A stretch of 60,028 nt of DNA, filler included, from Sphacelaria rigidula (Eukaryota): NCBI GenBank assembly GCA_964200075.2. It is 10 parts of 10 records of this genome, joined end to end, with 100 filler letters (N's around TTAATTAATTAA, not from the genome) between each part and the next. Parts side by side here need not be neighbours in the genome. Positions count along the whole stretch, not along the records: positions 24,053 to 29,965 come from CAXNAA020023542.1; positions 30,066 to 35,978 come from CAXNAA020023543.1; positions 36,079 to 41,991 come from CAXNAA020023544.1; 7 more parts are not named here. One strand, written 5' to 3'. A program made the translations under genes and the position numbers. Positions within the stretch are counted from its first letter, which is position 1. The number at the start of each line of letters is the position of its first letter. Shown in pieces: positions 24,292 through 37,357 of the stretch. A model generated the notes under the pieces. It worked only from the letters and a program-made list of their open reading frames with translations, had not been told where the DNA came from and did not search any database.

Positions 24292-25840
24292 CACAACGAG
24301 CAGCTGAAAATTCCCACGCTTGGGTTAGGTTCCCGTCAATGTCGCCCATATGAGGCGCTTCCTGCAGCCTGGACGCAAACATCGGGCGCTGTACGACAAT
24401 TTTTGTTCGTGACACTTTTGGACTCATGTCGGGGCGGGGGGCCTACCGTAGATAGTATCATGATTGCATGCGTGAATGTATCACGTGACATGATGTCTGC
24501 GGAGTGATTGGTGTAAGCTTATCGCAGGCAATTCAAATGCGACACAGCGATGCTGTACTGGCTGGAAATCTTCAACACGACGTGGCCTCATCAACGACCT
24601 GCGCCTGAAAAGCTTGACCTCCCCTTAGAAGTGGGTGTATGTGGATTTTCACGCACGTTATTATCTACATTTTTGGAAACAGGAGAAGTGCTAGTTGGCA
24701 TATTACACTGGCTTCAAAGTAGGGTATCGATGTGTGGTACAGGAATGAGGAAAGATCATGAACATCACAAATTGATACTCGAGAAATCAAGGAACAGTGC
24801 AAATACATTGCGGAAAAAAGCACGGTAGCCAATGCGTCAAGTCCGGCAAGAAGACATGGGAATGAGTAAATTACAGAAAAAGCAGGGTGCAAATATGGCA
24901 TGGAGAACGACGGCACAGTTACACTGCAATATGAGCCCGAAAACATACAGGTCACGTATAAAATACCGGCGGGACAGGCAGGAAACAGAGTATAGATAGA
25001 CGGCATATTGAGCAAAAACGTTGTGCGTACTCGGACATGATGGCTGCAATCCCAAGAAGAACACACGCGTATTTGAAGAGTCAAACGAAGCTTGTTACTA
25101 TCGAGGCGTATGGTAAATGGGAGCTGTCGATACCCCATTTTCCGGCGGACATGGCCGTGTGAAGGATCGTGTACCGAACGTCGTGCTTTCCTCCTATAGA
25201 ATCCTACTTCTATTACGGCCATCGGCTAAAAGCTGTCCGTTTACTCCTTCAACATGCAACAGGTTCATTCAACAAAGTGCTGCGAAACGTTTCCGAGTAC
25301 GATCAATAATGAAATGCTCATGTACTCGCCTTTTTTCCGAATGAAGAGATCCGCGAAGAGACGGTTGGCCGAAAATGAATGGTGGGTTCCTGCTGTGTTC
25401 GAGTCAATCTCACCGCTCGAATTAGGAACAACAACTAGCACTCCTCCTGTTTCCAAAAATGTAGATAATAACGTGCGTGAAAATCCACTTACACCCACTT
25501 CTAAGGGGAGGTCAAGCCTTTCAGGCGCAGGTCGTTGGTTGGTGAGGCCACGTCGTGTTGAAGATTTCCAGCCAGTACAGCATCGCTGTGTCGCATTTGA
25601 ATTGCCTGCGATAAGCTTACATCAATCACTCCGCAGACATCACGTCACGTGGTACATTCACGCATGCAATCATGATACTATCTACGGTAGCCCCCCCGCC
25701 CCAAGATGAGTCCAAAAGTGTCACGAACAAAATTGTTGTACAGCGCCCGAAGTTTGCGTTCAGGCTGCATGAAGCGCCTCATATGGGCGACATTGGCGGA
25801 AACCTAACCCAAGCGTGGGAATTTTCAGCTGCTCGTTGTG
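24292..25840. mobile_element. Non-autonomous DNA transposon with ~405-bp TIRs, CAC...GTG ends and a 2-bp AG flank duplication (CMC/EnSpm-like)
   Basis: 24292-24697 is a near reverse complement of 25432-25840. Ends are CACAACGAGCAGCTGAAAATTCCC and GGGAATTTTCAGCTGCTCGTTGTG, with AG on both flanks. No transposase was recognised inside. Confidence 0.85.
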
Positions 25841-27524
25841 AGCCCCTCATACGCGGTTAGAGGCTGGCGTGGCGATAACAAGTTTTTGATATCACAGGAT
25901 TCCAGGAAAGGGGTTGACTCGAATGTACATTACATTTTGCTCAGCTGTGATGCCTGGCTCCAGTGAATCGACAACTTCGGAGTTCGATCATTGCTCTGGC
26001 GTCCAGTTCCGTTTATTCGTTCCTTATTTCAGTGTCGTCGCAGATTTTCAAACGGTGTCGGAACATCTTCCCCGATTATTGCTGCGGAAAACGCAGCGCT
26101 ATACCTCCGTTTGCTCTGCAGGCTTGTTCACGTATCATCCCAAATATTAGGATCAGCGAACACCTTTCGCACTACCTATCCAAAAGTCGCATACATGGTA
26201 TCATAGTGACCGCCATGGACAACTGAAGAGGGTTACAAAGTCGGTTTTTGTTCGAGGTCATGGGGGTGGCGCTAACTGCGTAACGGTGCCTCGACCAATC
26301 AGCGGCCTTCAAATTGTTCTGAATTTCAATATAAATGCCCGACGCAATCTGTACTCAATCCCCATATGCTCCATACTCTAGAAAACGATATCCGCTGGGG
26401 AATCTAGTTGAAAAATATATTTGAAAACCCCTACTATGGGATCGAGTTGTACCCCAAACCGTGGTATTCCGGTAATATGGGGTTGAGCATCCTCGAATTG
26501 CCACTGATGATATGCAGTAAAGACGCAGAAAGCCTCCTGACAGTTTTCCTCAATATGTCTTCAAGAGCTCAGACCGTCCTCAAACTTCGGTAGGTATTGG
26601 CACTCTGAAGTTCCCCGCCCTCTACCGAGTTCCGTGGGTTCCGGCGCGAAGACCCCGGGAAGCCGGTACACAATGCCTCGAAACAAAAAGCAAAGATGTA
26701 CGCGTGCAGGCGTAGTCCAAGGAGTATTCGTAAAACGTTTCGTTGCGTTACTCGCATCACCGATGCAATGGAGTCATTTCACGTTGAACGTACCCGAAAC
26801 AGTCGCCTAAATTCTAACATAAAGTTATTTGTACCGTGTATGCTCAGTTCAACGCACAAGGGCGCAAGATGTACCAGTAGCCATGATGGCTGCTGCTCTT
26901 GAACATCACCGCCGAGATACGGTAAACGGCAGCACAGCACATGTCTCATCGTTTGCACTGATACTTCGGCTGGGTCATGGGCATACGCATATTTCGAAGG
27001 GCCGCGTCAACATCCTGTTTCAAGTCGGGAGGTAGTGCATTGCTGCTATGGAGGACGCACGGGAGTGATTCTAATTGGTTAAGGGAGAACGTCCGGGGTC
27101 GCTTGGCGTGTGGAACCGGCTGCCCTTGCGGGATTCAGTCTGAGGAACGTATTGTTGTATTGAACCATGTTGCAATTCCTGTGATGCGGTTTTATCGCAA
27201 AATAGGGATCATTACGCTTGCGAATAGCGCATTAAAGCCGCCGTCGATAATTCTCGCACGCATGCCACTCCTCCGCGGAAAAGCGCTGAATCTTGACAAC
27301 CATCACGCGGGAGGTTTATGACGGGCGCACAGGCACCCCACAGCAACAGTTGTATGAATGAAGGATACAACATTATCTATCTTATTCCGCCATATTCATT
27401 GTGAATCTATACATTTATCTGATTTCATTCCTCCCTGGGCTGTTTTCGTGCTCTCCCGCACGCTCGCGTTCTGATAACCCCTCCCGACTAGTCAGGAGAT
27501 CAGGCAACGACTGAAAACAGCACA

Positions 27525-29205
27525 ATGTCGAACCGAGCGGCGATCAACGTCGACATCGTATCATGCATATCGCAATTTGTGGACTGCGAACAGTATCTCT
27601 TTTTCGCGCTAGTGGCAAGGGCATGGAGGCGCGCGTGGACACAGCACGGCCGACCGAAACTGACGAGGGCCGTCACACCGCACTCTAGCGTGGCACAGCT
27701 GCGGAACTGCTTGGAAAGCGGCTTAGAGAGATGTCCCACAGTTTGCAGTGAAGTGGCTCGCCTGGGCAGACTCGATCTTCTCCACTGCGCTCGAATATCG
27801 TACAACATGGCCTGGAATCACTTCACGTGCAGCAAGGCTGCAGAGGGGGGTCATCTCGAGGTGCACCGTTCAATGATGTGGGGGGGGCATGGGTGTTCAG
27901 TTCGTATTTTCTGTGAAACAAGTACCTGAGGATGATACCGTATCATACCTGGTACTGTCTGAAGATCCAGTCCTTCTCAAAGTACGATGCGATGTCGTGT
28001 TAGCAGTACAAAATATTGCAACAATGTAGGAACGGAGTCGAAAAAATAGCACTCCGGCGAGAAGAGTTGTGAATGATTCCCGCACATTGAAACTAATCAT
28101 CGCACATCGGACCGTACCCTCGTGATTCCGGGACGTTTTGAGTCTGATACTCCTGTCGCCTCCCATCGTTGCAAGACTCAGGTTCTACAATGGGCAAGAG
28201 CCAATTGTGCACCCTGGAGTAATTGGACGTGTAGCGCGGCTGCTGAGAGAGGCCATCTGCAGGTAAGTTGTTGCCCGATAGGGGGCCGTTCTTCTAATTC
28301 CGAAAACGTTTCTCAGAATGTGTCGCTGTAAACCGAGTCGAAAGACGCCCAACAAAATATGTGGACCACCAAAGGAGCTGTTTTATGAAAGTCTTCACTT
28401 GAAAAAATACTCCATGCCTGCTGGCAAAGCGTAAAACCCCGATCATGGATGACGAGATACTGTAAGATGTTTGACACAAAAATAAGGTGAATAGTAAGTG
28501 AGGGCAACATATGGTGTTTCAAGTGGGAGCGATCACAACTTGTATTTCCATACGTTCCGGACAGTGAAACCTCTCGCAATGCTTTTCTATTGACTGGCTC
28601 AGATCCTACAGTGGGCGCGACAAAACGGCTGTCCGTGGGACAGCTTCACATGTAGCTCGGCCGCGGGCGGAGGTCATCTGGACGTGCTGCAATGGTGCCG
28701 GGCCAATGGGTGTGCTTGGAACCATTTCACATGCAGTAAAGCTGCAGAGGGAGGGCATATACACGTTTTGCAATGGGCGCTTGCGAATGGATGTCCTTCG
28801 AATGCAGGAACCTGCGCGGAAGCAGCTGAAGCCGGGCACATGGAGGTGTTGCAGTGGTGCAGGGCGAATGGTGTGCCTTGGGACCGATACACATGCAGTG
28901 GAGCCGCGTGTGGGGGACACTTCGAAATTCTTCAATGGGCGCGGGAACATGGGTGTGCCTGGGATGAATGGACCTGTATCAAAGCTTGCGAAGGGGGTCA
29001 CATCGACATACTACAATGGTCCAGAGCTAATGATTGCCCCTGGGATAAGCGGGCATGTAACCTGGCAGCTAGATATGGACACTTGAATGTTCTCAAGTGG
29101 TGTGTCCACAATGGATGTCCCTGGGTACGTACGGAGAGTGAAGATGCTGCTATTTTGGGTCGTCATTTTGATATCGTAAGATGGATTCGAGATACGTCAG
29201 CGTGA
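27525..29205 (+). CDS. Ankyrin-like repeat protein, complete three-exon gene (27525-27860, 28182-28262, 28603-29205), 339 aa
   Basis: ATG at 27525, phase-0 introns GAG|GTGCAC...TCAG|GTT and CAG|GTAAGT...TCAG|ATC, and TGA at 29203-29205. The protein has repeated 27-aa units of type TCSxAAxGGHLxVLQWARxNGCPW after an N-terminal YLFFALVARAWRRAW segment. Confidence 0.9.
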
Positions 29206-30134
29206 GCGATTCTCAAACACGTCGCGGGGGATGGGAGTGACATCGTATTTTACGTCGGATCTGTGGGCCCATGCGACAAGACATGGGACACGTTGACGAA
29301 TTTGGGTGTCCCAATAAGTTTTTTTCCCGGAGTGGGCAAACAGTACGAACATAGCATTACTGTACCTCGTGGTGTGAGTTGTTATGTGGTGAGATGGATA
29401 AAATACCACCAAAGGGGGGGGGTCACTTGCACGCTGGGGACATGGCTATCACGGATATTTCTCGATTTAGGTGAGTGATCGATTTCGGGCAAAAATCGAG
29501 AACTTCGCATTCTCCAGATGGCAATTGCATGTTCCCGAGTGAGCTGGAGATACGACGGTGCTGCTGCGTTTGGGCGCCAGCTTCGTGCGTTGTGCCGGAC
29601 CCGAAATCATCAAGCTAAGGACTTGTAGCTCAAGAAGTTCGCAGATCCATCGATAACACAAATATGTACGTTTTCTCTGGACTGTATTAAGCCTCACTCA
29701 CTAAGCATCGCTTGGAAGGAGCGCGCCCACGTCGAGGTACTCGCGTGGCAGAAGCAGGGCTAGTATAACACCAAAAGCCGGGGACTCCTACTGTAGCAGC
29801 AAGGGTGCCCGCAAAGTTGAGAGCGACATCCACCCCCAAAGTTGAAAATTGGTGGCTCTCCGGGGAGGGAGGCGAGGGGACGGGGGGGGGGCGGACGCGG
29901 TGGTGGGGTGCGTTAGTCGGTTGACTGTTGCACACGCATGCCTTTCGAGCAGGGGCAGGCGCGGGNNNNNNNNNNNNNNNNNNNNNNNNNNNNNNNNNNN
30001 NNNNNNNNNTTAATTAATTAANNNNNNNNNNNNNNNNNNNNNNNNNNNNNNNNNNNNNNNNNNNNGGGGTTGCAGCCCCCCCGGCTGCGCCCCCCCAACA
30101 AGGGGGGGCCGGGGCCGGGGGGGTGCCCGCCGGG

Positions 30135-30167
<33 letters not shown>

Positions 30168-30493
30168 ACTGTATTAATATCTTCACCCTACTCAGCCAAG
30201 ACAGACAGGTCGGTTGCACACGATTACGATGAAAGCTTGAACTTCGGCTTGATGTGACTACGCTACGTGCGAAGATGTGCCCACCTCGCCGAAACCCCCC
30301 CGATTATTCCGCGGCTAGAGATGGATACGTGATAATTCGTGTGAAGCGCTACCGTACGGTATCCAGTCTTTTTGAACACAAGAATGACATCCAGGCTTAA
30401 GATTCTCGCCCAAACTCGCAGACCACAGTCGAGGTTACCCCAGGGACCCCTAACACCGACACAGGAGGTATACTTTTGGCATGCTTGAGAGGG

Positions 30494-30538
<45 letters not shown>

Positions 30539-30542
<4 letters not shown>

Positions 30543-30943
30543 AACTAAGCTTCGCTAGGAGTGAGGCAGTAGACTTACGGGTCCCGAAGAGGAATGTTGT
30601 CGTACCCTGCTGCCGAAGGATCTCCAGAGCGAGGCGTAATTCTCCTTCTTGTCATTCGGGCAAGGATGCGACCGTGGTCAAGGATAGGCTAGAACAACGA
30701 GTGAACGAGGTGGTACGGGAGTACCAGCTACGTTCCACCAGGGTTCATGCGGTGACCCCATTGTTTTTGGGCTCTTGTACCGTAGACCCGGTTTGCCTAG
30801 GTTTGCTAAAGATCCAGTTTCACAGGTTTGAACGTTTCGAGTCCGCTCATGTGTGTTACTGGCGGGCTCCGTTCCTGAGACTGATTCTCCAGCTTACATG
30901 TGTATATGGATGTCATTACGCTCATACATACGTGGCCTCTACA
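30539..30943 (-). repeat. 3' LTR (outer boundary merges into a (TA)n(TG)n microsatellite)
   Basis: TGTAGAGGCC...TTCACA on the minus strand, with an adjacent polypurine tract. Confidence 0.8.
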
Positions 30944-31570
30944 TCACCCCCCTTTTTGATGCGCCCTAAGTCTCTCTGTTCGACGAACTGAGGCGACCAT
31001 TCATGAAGAGAATGATAACAACGTGGATCCCCCGTTGTATGTGTGTTATGATACCATTATACTGGCCTGTGTGAGAACGTGTCATATCCTCTATACTGTC
31101 GTGTTGAGTTAACACAAGACGGTAAATTTTACCGACGTTCGCATCCAGGTTCATGTAATCAGCATACTTGTGTCGGCGGTTGGTGACTTGGTCACTTGAT
31201 CGCGGCATCTGTGAAACCTGTGTGATCAGTACAGATTGCGATGTCCCCATATATGCTGATTTATGGGCGATTCAGTGGAAAACATTGGGTTTTCGTATGA
31301 GAGTGTGTTGTCGTCCCGCCTCTTGTTTGGACCTTCAACCCGTGGTGATTACCGTATGATATGGTAATACTTGTGTCTGGGGAAGACAAATATCGAGACA
31401 AAAAGAGAACGTTGGCAGTTATTTGCATGTCTGGAGTGGTGTACTTCCAAGATTGCAAAATTTCCACGGCCATCCTCACCAGCAATACCCCTATTTTGCT
31501 GGTAAGAGCTCAGACCTTTGGGTCAAGTCTCTTCACCGCTGATGTCCTTGTGGTCGCGCTGACCATGGCA

Positions 31571-32961
31571 TCAATCCTCTCTTGTCTTGATTTTATACCG
31601 AACGCGTCTGCATGTGGTGGGAAATTTCCCTGCAAGTACACGTTTCCGGCCATTGTTCTTCATGGGAAATTTGGTTTCCGCTCGAACCGTTTCACTAACC
31701 CGTTTTCGCTTTCTCGTGTTACGAGACGGCGGGTCTGGTGGAGGCGCGCTATTCAGTTTGTGCTTAACTCTGTACGCATCTATGAGGTGTTGACATTGGG
31801 GTACCTCGTCTGCTCGATACTCTAGGTCAGCTGATGGGCCGAAACCCTTGAGTCTGAGGCGGTATTTATAGTTGAGGTCGCTTTTTCGCCCTGGGCCTTG
31901 TTTATGACCCACTATTCTGTCAACGGTGTAGCATTCAATTTTTGGTTGTGCTACATCTTGGCGGTCTACCTCTGGAAGAGGCAGTTTTTTTCCCAGGAAA
32001 AAGTCGACAAGGCGATCAAAATCGGGGGCCGGTGCTTTCTCCTGTGAGCAGTATACTTTCAAGTGAGCCAAGTGTTCGGACGTTTCTCTTGCGCCGTTAC
32101 CCAACCTTACTTTGTATACTAGTGGCGAAACTTTGGAACAAATAGTGTACGGACCTCGCCAAGGTGACAGCAGTTTTGGATTTGGGCCGTCGGTATCCTG
32201 GTACGGTCTGTATAGTAATACTTTTTGTCCCGGTTCGAATGTGGAAAAAGACTTGAGCTTGTCATTGCTTGCTTTCTGCTTGTCTGCGCGTTCTCGCAGA
32301 TCGCGTCTTGCGAGTTCGAAGCCCAGCTGTAAATTGTCTCTCTGTTGTTTCGTGTGCTTTTCGACATCTGCTGCATGTCCTACATCTTGGATGCCCAGCT
32401 AAAATTATATCAACTGGCAACTTTGGTTGCCGTCCGAACAACAAGAAGTATAGGGTTTCTTGCACCGCTGTGTTGAATGAGGTGTTGTACGACATTTGAA
32501 CATACGGCAACGTTGTTGCCCAGTTGTCTTGCTCGACTGAACGGTGCATTGCCAGCATCGCGTGTAGGGTCGAGTGTACCCGCTTTGAAACCGAGTTGCC
32601 TTGAGGTCTGAACGGAGTCGTGCGTGTTTTCTCGAATTGCAGCAGAGTCTGTAGCTGGTACATCACTTCGTTATCAAACTCCCTGTCTCCATCAGAGTGT
32701 AACTTTTCCGGGATGCCGAATGTTGATAAAACTCTGTCGACGAGCATTCGTGCTACGGTAACGGCACATTTGTTTGGGATCGGGATAAAAAGTGCGTAGC
32801 GTGTCAAATGATCCATTACGGACATGACATACCTGCATGGCACTCCGGCTGAAGAGTTGGAAATCGTCTTATACTCGACCAAGTCTATGGATACACATTG
32901 AAACGGTATTTCCAGAGGTGTATGGCCTGTAGGGAGTTTTGGACGATTGTGGGCTTGTTTT
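31571..32961 (-). pseudogene. Integrase core, GPY/F module and chromodomain; frameshifted
   Basis: PFQCVSIDLVEY, VMDHLTRY, FGIPEKLHSDGD and PFRPQGNSVSKRVH (expected catalytic E read as K). A frameshift lies near 32395, followed by SPWRGPY and the chromodomain YTVDRIVGHK...YRLRLKGFGPSADL. Confidence 0.88.
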
Positions 32962-33321
32962 CCGAAGAGGAACGTTGTCGTACCCTGCTGCCGAAGGATC
33001 TCCAGAGCGAGGCGTAATTCTCCTTCTTGTCATTCGGGCAAGGATGCGACCGTGGTCAAGGGTAGGCTAGAACAACGAGTGAACGAGGTGGTACGGGAGT
33101 ACCAGCTACGTTCCACCAGGGTTCATGCGGTGACCCCATTGTTTTTGGGCTCTTGTACCGTAGACCCGGTTTGCTTAGGTTTGCTAAAGATCCAGTTTCA
33201 CAGGTTTGAACGTTTCGAGTCCGCTCATGTGTGTCACTGGTGGGCTCCGTTCTTAAGACTGTTTCTTCAGCTTACATGTGTATATGGATGTCATTACGCT
33301 CATACATACGTGGCCTCCACA
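32962..33321 (-). repeat. 5' LTR lacking its last ~45 bp, fused directly to integrase sequence
   Basis: The match to the other LTR stops at 32962, where integrase codons (KQAHNRPKLPTGH) begin. Confidence 0.85.
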
Positions 33322-33598
33322 TATGCGTGTTTACAGGTAAATGCATAAACGCTCCACGTATAAGCTGCACCACACTCGGGGATCAACGACTTCGATTCCT
33401 GGATACTGAGTGCAAAACATAACCTCGAAACTTGGAAAGGAGGAGCGGGGGAACGGGAGGGCGCGAGAAGCAGCGGATAACGACGAACGACGAAATATCC
33501 GCGTACTCTACAACAGAGGTATGTCATAGGCCCTAGGATCCGCCAACAAATGATGGATACATACTCCTGGACACGTACAGATATGGGCGTAAGGTCAC

Positions 33599-34202
33599 TT
33601 CTTGTGTGTAAACAAAGAAGAGATCGTTGAAAATTGCCCTTGTGACGCCCAAAAAGAGGGCTAGGCGGATGCTGACAACTTGGAATGACTCTACTCGTTG
33701 GGACCGTTCCAGGGCACCTTTGCGTTTTCCGGTGGCCGCAGTTTTTTCGGAGGTCAAACTCACTTCATCAATATCGAGCGACTAAGTTATCGACAGGAAA
33801 AAAAACTCCCTGGTTTAATGGTTTAATACTTGACCGTTCGTTATTGAAAATGCGAGATTTCAATACAGCCACTCCAGCCCCCCCACATCAACTCCCCAAC
33901 GCACAACGGCGCCCCGCCCCACCGAACNNNNNNNNNNAATTTTTCAAAAGGAAAAAAAACCCCCTGTTTTAATGGTTTAATTTTTGACCGTTCTTTTTTA
34001 AAAATGCGGGTTTCCCCCCCCCCCCCCCCGTCCCGATAAATGCGGCCACCGGAAAACGTGAAGGCGCCCTGGAACGCTCTCCACGAGTAGAGCAAGTCAT
34101 ATCAAGGTGTCAAAATCCGCCTAGCCCTCTTTTCGGGAGTAAAACGACGGAAAAGGGTCAAAAAGGCAATTTTCGACATCTGTTCTTGTTTACATATAAG
34201 AA
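33599..34202. repeat. Imperfect inverted repeat (arms ~33599-33740 and ~34041-34202), foldback or MITE-like, spanning a 10-N gap
   Basis: CGTTTTCCGGTGGCCGCA pairs with TGCGGCCACCGGAAAACG, and AAGAGGGCTAGGCGGAT pairs with ATCCGCCTAGCCCTCTT. Confidence 0.7.
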
Positions 34203-35415
34203 ATGTCCTAACTCTGAAAACAAAATCACATACGATCAAGTGGAAGCTTAGATTGATCTGTTAATACATCGTCTGGGCGAAGATTTCCATGCTCCAAAAC
34301 AGAGCCTAGCTCATTGCAGTATCATGGTATGTATGTACATGTACATGGATGCCCCAGCGAAAGCACGCGACAAAATAAGCACCAACACACGTGCGAGCAT
34401 CAACTGTTTCGCATAAAGCGTGAGTGGAACATGAAATGGGGAGAAAGCGGTGTCGGGTGACTTGAACAACAAACGGCAAGCGATGAAGCCCCCCCCAAGA
34501 ATAGCATTATTTCACGTTCGTCACTCCATACGCTGAGATTTTTCCAAGTCAAGACACCCTGCACAGCTGTACATACATGGTGGACTGCACACTGCGATAG
34601 AGAGAGGTGGGACTCGCGCTTGATCTCACGGTGCTGCATGTGGAAGTGTATCCACCCTTCACGGATTGAACGACTTAGGTTTAGCTATCATTGCTGCTGT
34701 CGCGCCCGCGCGGGTGGCGACATGCCTTCATATGGATGTTCGTGGACGCTTGGTATCAGTATGTTTAGCACTACATCACACAAGATCGAGAAAAAACACC
34801 ATGACCCGCCCCAAAACGGCGGATCACAGCTAGGCCGCACCTCAACGACTACCAAGCATCGACACATGGAGTGCGCAAAATGGAAACCTTCGACACACGT
34901 GTTACGTGCAAGTCGCGGAACGCATGCCCAGGAGTGGAGCAAAATTCGATTTCAGGATAAATGACTTGTCAGGTGACAAAACCCATCGACTGTTGAAGGG
35001 CGTCTGAACCAGTTGTTGCCCGCGTCGAAGCAATGCTTGTGTAACCGACGCGCGAGGTGACGCATCGCTCGACTGCGTCGGCGCACGATAGAAAAAACCG
35101 GCACTACTACCGACTGGATTTCTGAAATAGTGGGTAACAATGAGAGTGGGAAAGCAAATCATACCGTGTTCAAGGCGGGCGTCTTCATACACACCACCCT
35201 CCACACCTGCAGTCACGCTCCCTCATATAGTCCGAGAGTTCCGTATGCCATCCGCAACGGCAATATGAGTAATCCCGAGCCCAGCTAGCTCTGAATCTAC
35301 CTTAAAAACCGACGGTGCGGCTTCAGGGACAGGGAAAGAGCAGCAGCGGTGACAGCCAGAATTCAGCCGAACAATCAGAGCGCGATATCATCGTGCGTCC
35401 TAACCCCCCCCTCAC

Positions 35416-35812
35416 CGGATAGCAGCTGAAAGCGGAGAAACCTCGGCAAACCGTCGCATAGCCAGCACCGTATCCCGCACAGAACTCCGCAGCGCAGCCC
35501 TCTCTTTCCTCCCTTCCCTACCACCCACAGACACACCACCACCCCTTTTCCCCACGGCCGCCGTCTTCCCCTCCTCTCTCCCGGGCGACCTCGAGCTCTT
35601 GGCCCCCGCTAGTGGCGGCTGCGCTTTTGCTCCGGGGTCGCTGCCGCCATCCTCTCCGGGCCGGCCTCCCGCACTCTTGTCCGCTACGAGGGTCCCTAGG
35701 CGGCCGCCCAACGCGCTCTTAATGGTGGCCGCCACCGACTCGGTCGAGAGGTTCAGTAGTGGCCGGTTGCCTAGGCGAGAGAGGCGGTTCAGCGTGCGTC
35801 TCCATTCTGCCG
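35416..35812 (-). CDS. Probable internal exon of an unidentified gene
   Basis: GC-rich open frame (AEWRRTLNRLSRLG...FAEVSPLSAAIR) bounded by a TTTGCAG| acceptor and a CG|GTGAGG donor. Confidence 0.5.
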
Positions 35813-35877
35813 CTGCAAAGATGCGGCGTGAAGCGGGGCGGGACAGCGTGTAGTTGGGCGGGTGGAGAAGGAGCATA

Positions 35878-35978
35878 GGAGGGGGGGGGGACTCATGATC
35901 ATGCATACCATAGTCATCAGACCATTGGCCTCGCATCCCTACAAAGCCCAGACGGAGCACGCCGGGTTTTCGCCGGAC
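35878..35978 (-). mobile_element. Family A 3' end with oligo(C) tail at the contig end
   Basis: The minus strand reads ...GGGATGCGAGGCCAATGGTCTGATGACTATGGTATGCATGATCATGAGTCCCCCCCCCCCTCC. Confidence 0.75.
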
Positions 35979-37357
35979 NNNNNNNNNNNNNNNNNNNNNN
36001 NNNNNNNNNNNNNNNNNNNNNNTTAATTAATTAANNNNNNNNNNNNNNNNNNNNNNNNNNNNNNNNNNNNNNNNNNNNGTCTGTGTCGATGAGATATTAC
36101 TTTTAGAGCTTAAATCCGTTTTTAGGCTGGCCCAGCTCGTACTACATTGGAGTGCGGGAGAGCTTATGCTACATGGCTTTACGTGTGTGAGAAACTGCTG
36201 TGTTATGTTGATGTACGCGGATCTTCTGAGTTGAAGATCATTCTTTGAGGACCGACAACACCATTACCACCACAAACGACAACGACAACAACAACAACAA
36301 CAACATGAAGAACGGGATATACTAACATAGCACTAAGAGTGCAATCAATCCGCACAGCACAACACGACAGAGCGAATAATACCCTACAAACAGTATATAC
36401 TATCATGTAGTCAGAACTTTCGACGTGACTTTAACGGCAGCCGTCGCCAGAGAGCACTCAAGCGAACCAGACTTCAACTCACAGTTTCGTGAGCTCCCCC
36501 CCGCCCCCCCACGATCAATCGTAGGACCATTCCAAGGGTCGGACAAATAATGATTCGTCTGTAAATTACTTGGTTTCAATATCATGAGTCGACTCGTGAC
36601 GAATCAATCCCTAGGCTTTATTTCAGCGTTGCAACCCAGGTAAGACACGTGGAATGACGCAAAAGTTGCGTGGATACCCCTTGGACCAGCGATCAACTTT
36701 TTTCTTCCTTTTGGGCAATCAGGCCGAAGAAATCGTGGATTTGGTGATTCGTAGTCGTGATGATTCGTCCTAACCGTGGACCATTCACCATAAATAGTAT
36801 TATTTCTTCAAGGATACGGAAAAAAAAAGCAGCGAGTGCAACCAAACCTCCCAACACAAGCACGCATTCAAAGGGGGGCATTGGGGGTACAATAGAAAGC
36901 GGGGATACATACCTGACTGCATTGATACAGTGACTGAGTTGGTGATTATCGCACATTAACAAAATCGATTTGCTATTGATCCAGTCGTGGGTGGTGAGTG
37001 AAGAGATAGGCATATATATACCACGGTGAAAAAAACAAAAAGGGCGTAACACCTAACTTATTCGCTCTAACAACACTCGACAAAAGGGGAGGAATGGGAA
37101 GAAAAAAAAGAGGGTGAAAAATATATTTTGAAGGGAATAGTACTGTAGGGAGGCTAAAGCAGCGGTTTGTGAGGGCAAAAAAAGGAGTGGGCCTGCGAGT
37201 AAGGAAAAAACCATGAACAGACCTGCGAGCTTACACATTCAACACTTTACACTCACACATGATAACTATACGTAACCGGTATGCGACTGTACTGATAACA
37301 TGGATGATCGTACAGGCCGCCACAGGTACAGTAATACCGGAACATGACCATACATAC

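Larger units (their letters stand above)
30539..33321 (-). mobile_element. Internally deleted chromodomain-bearing Ty3/gypsy LTR retrotransposon
   Basis: Direct repeats 30584-30943 and 32962-33321 (360 bp, about 10 mismatches by eye) start with TG on the minus strand. The purine tract AAAAAGGGGGGTGA precedes the 3' LTR. Only integrase and chromodomain remain inside. Confidence 0.9.

Noticed and set aside
27525..29205. Endogenous giant-virus insertion
   Set aside because: The gene has spliceosomal introns and there are no viral hallmark genes on the contig.
30476..30991. Duplicated ORF (also 32947-33348) as a paralogous gene pair
   Set aside because: Both are antisense translations of the two LTRs.
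33796..34020. Direct duplication on both sides of a 10-N gap
   Set aside because: It looks like low-quality overlapping read ends at a scaffold gap.
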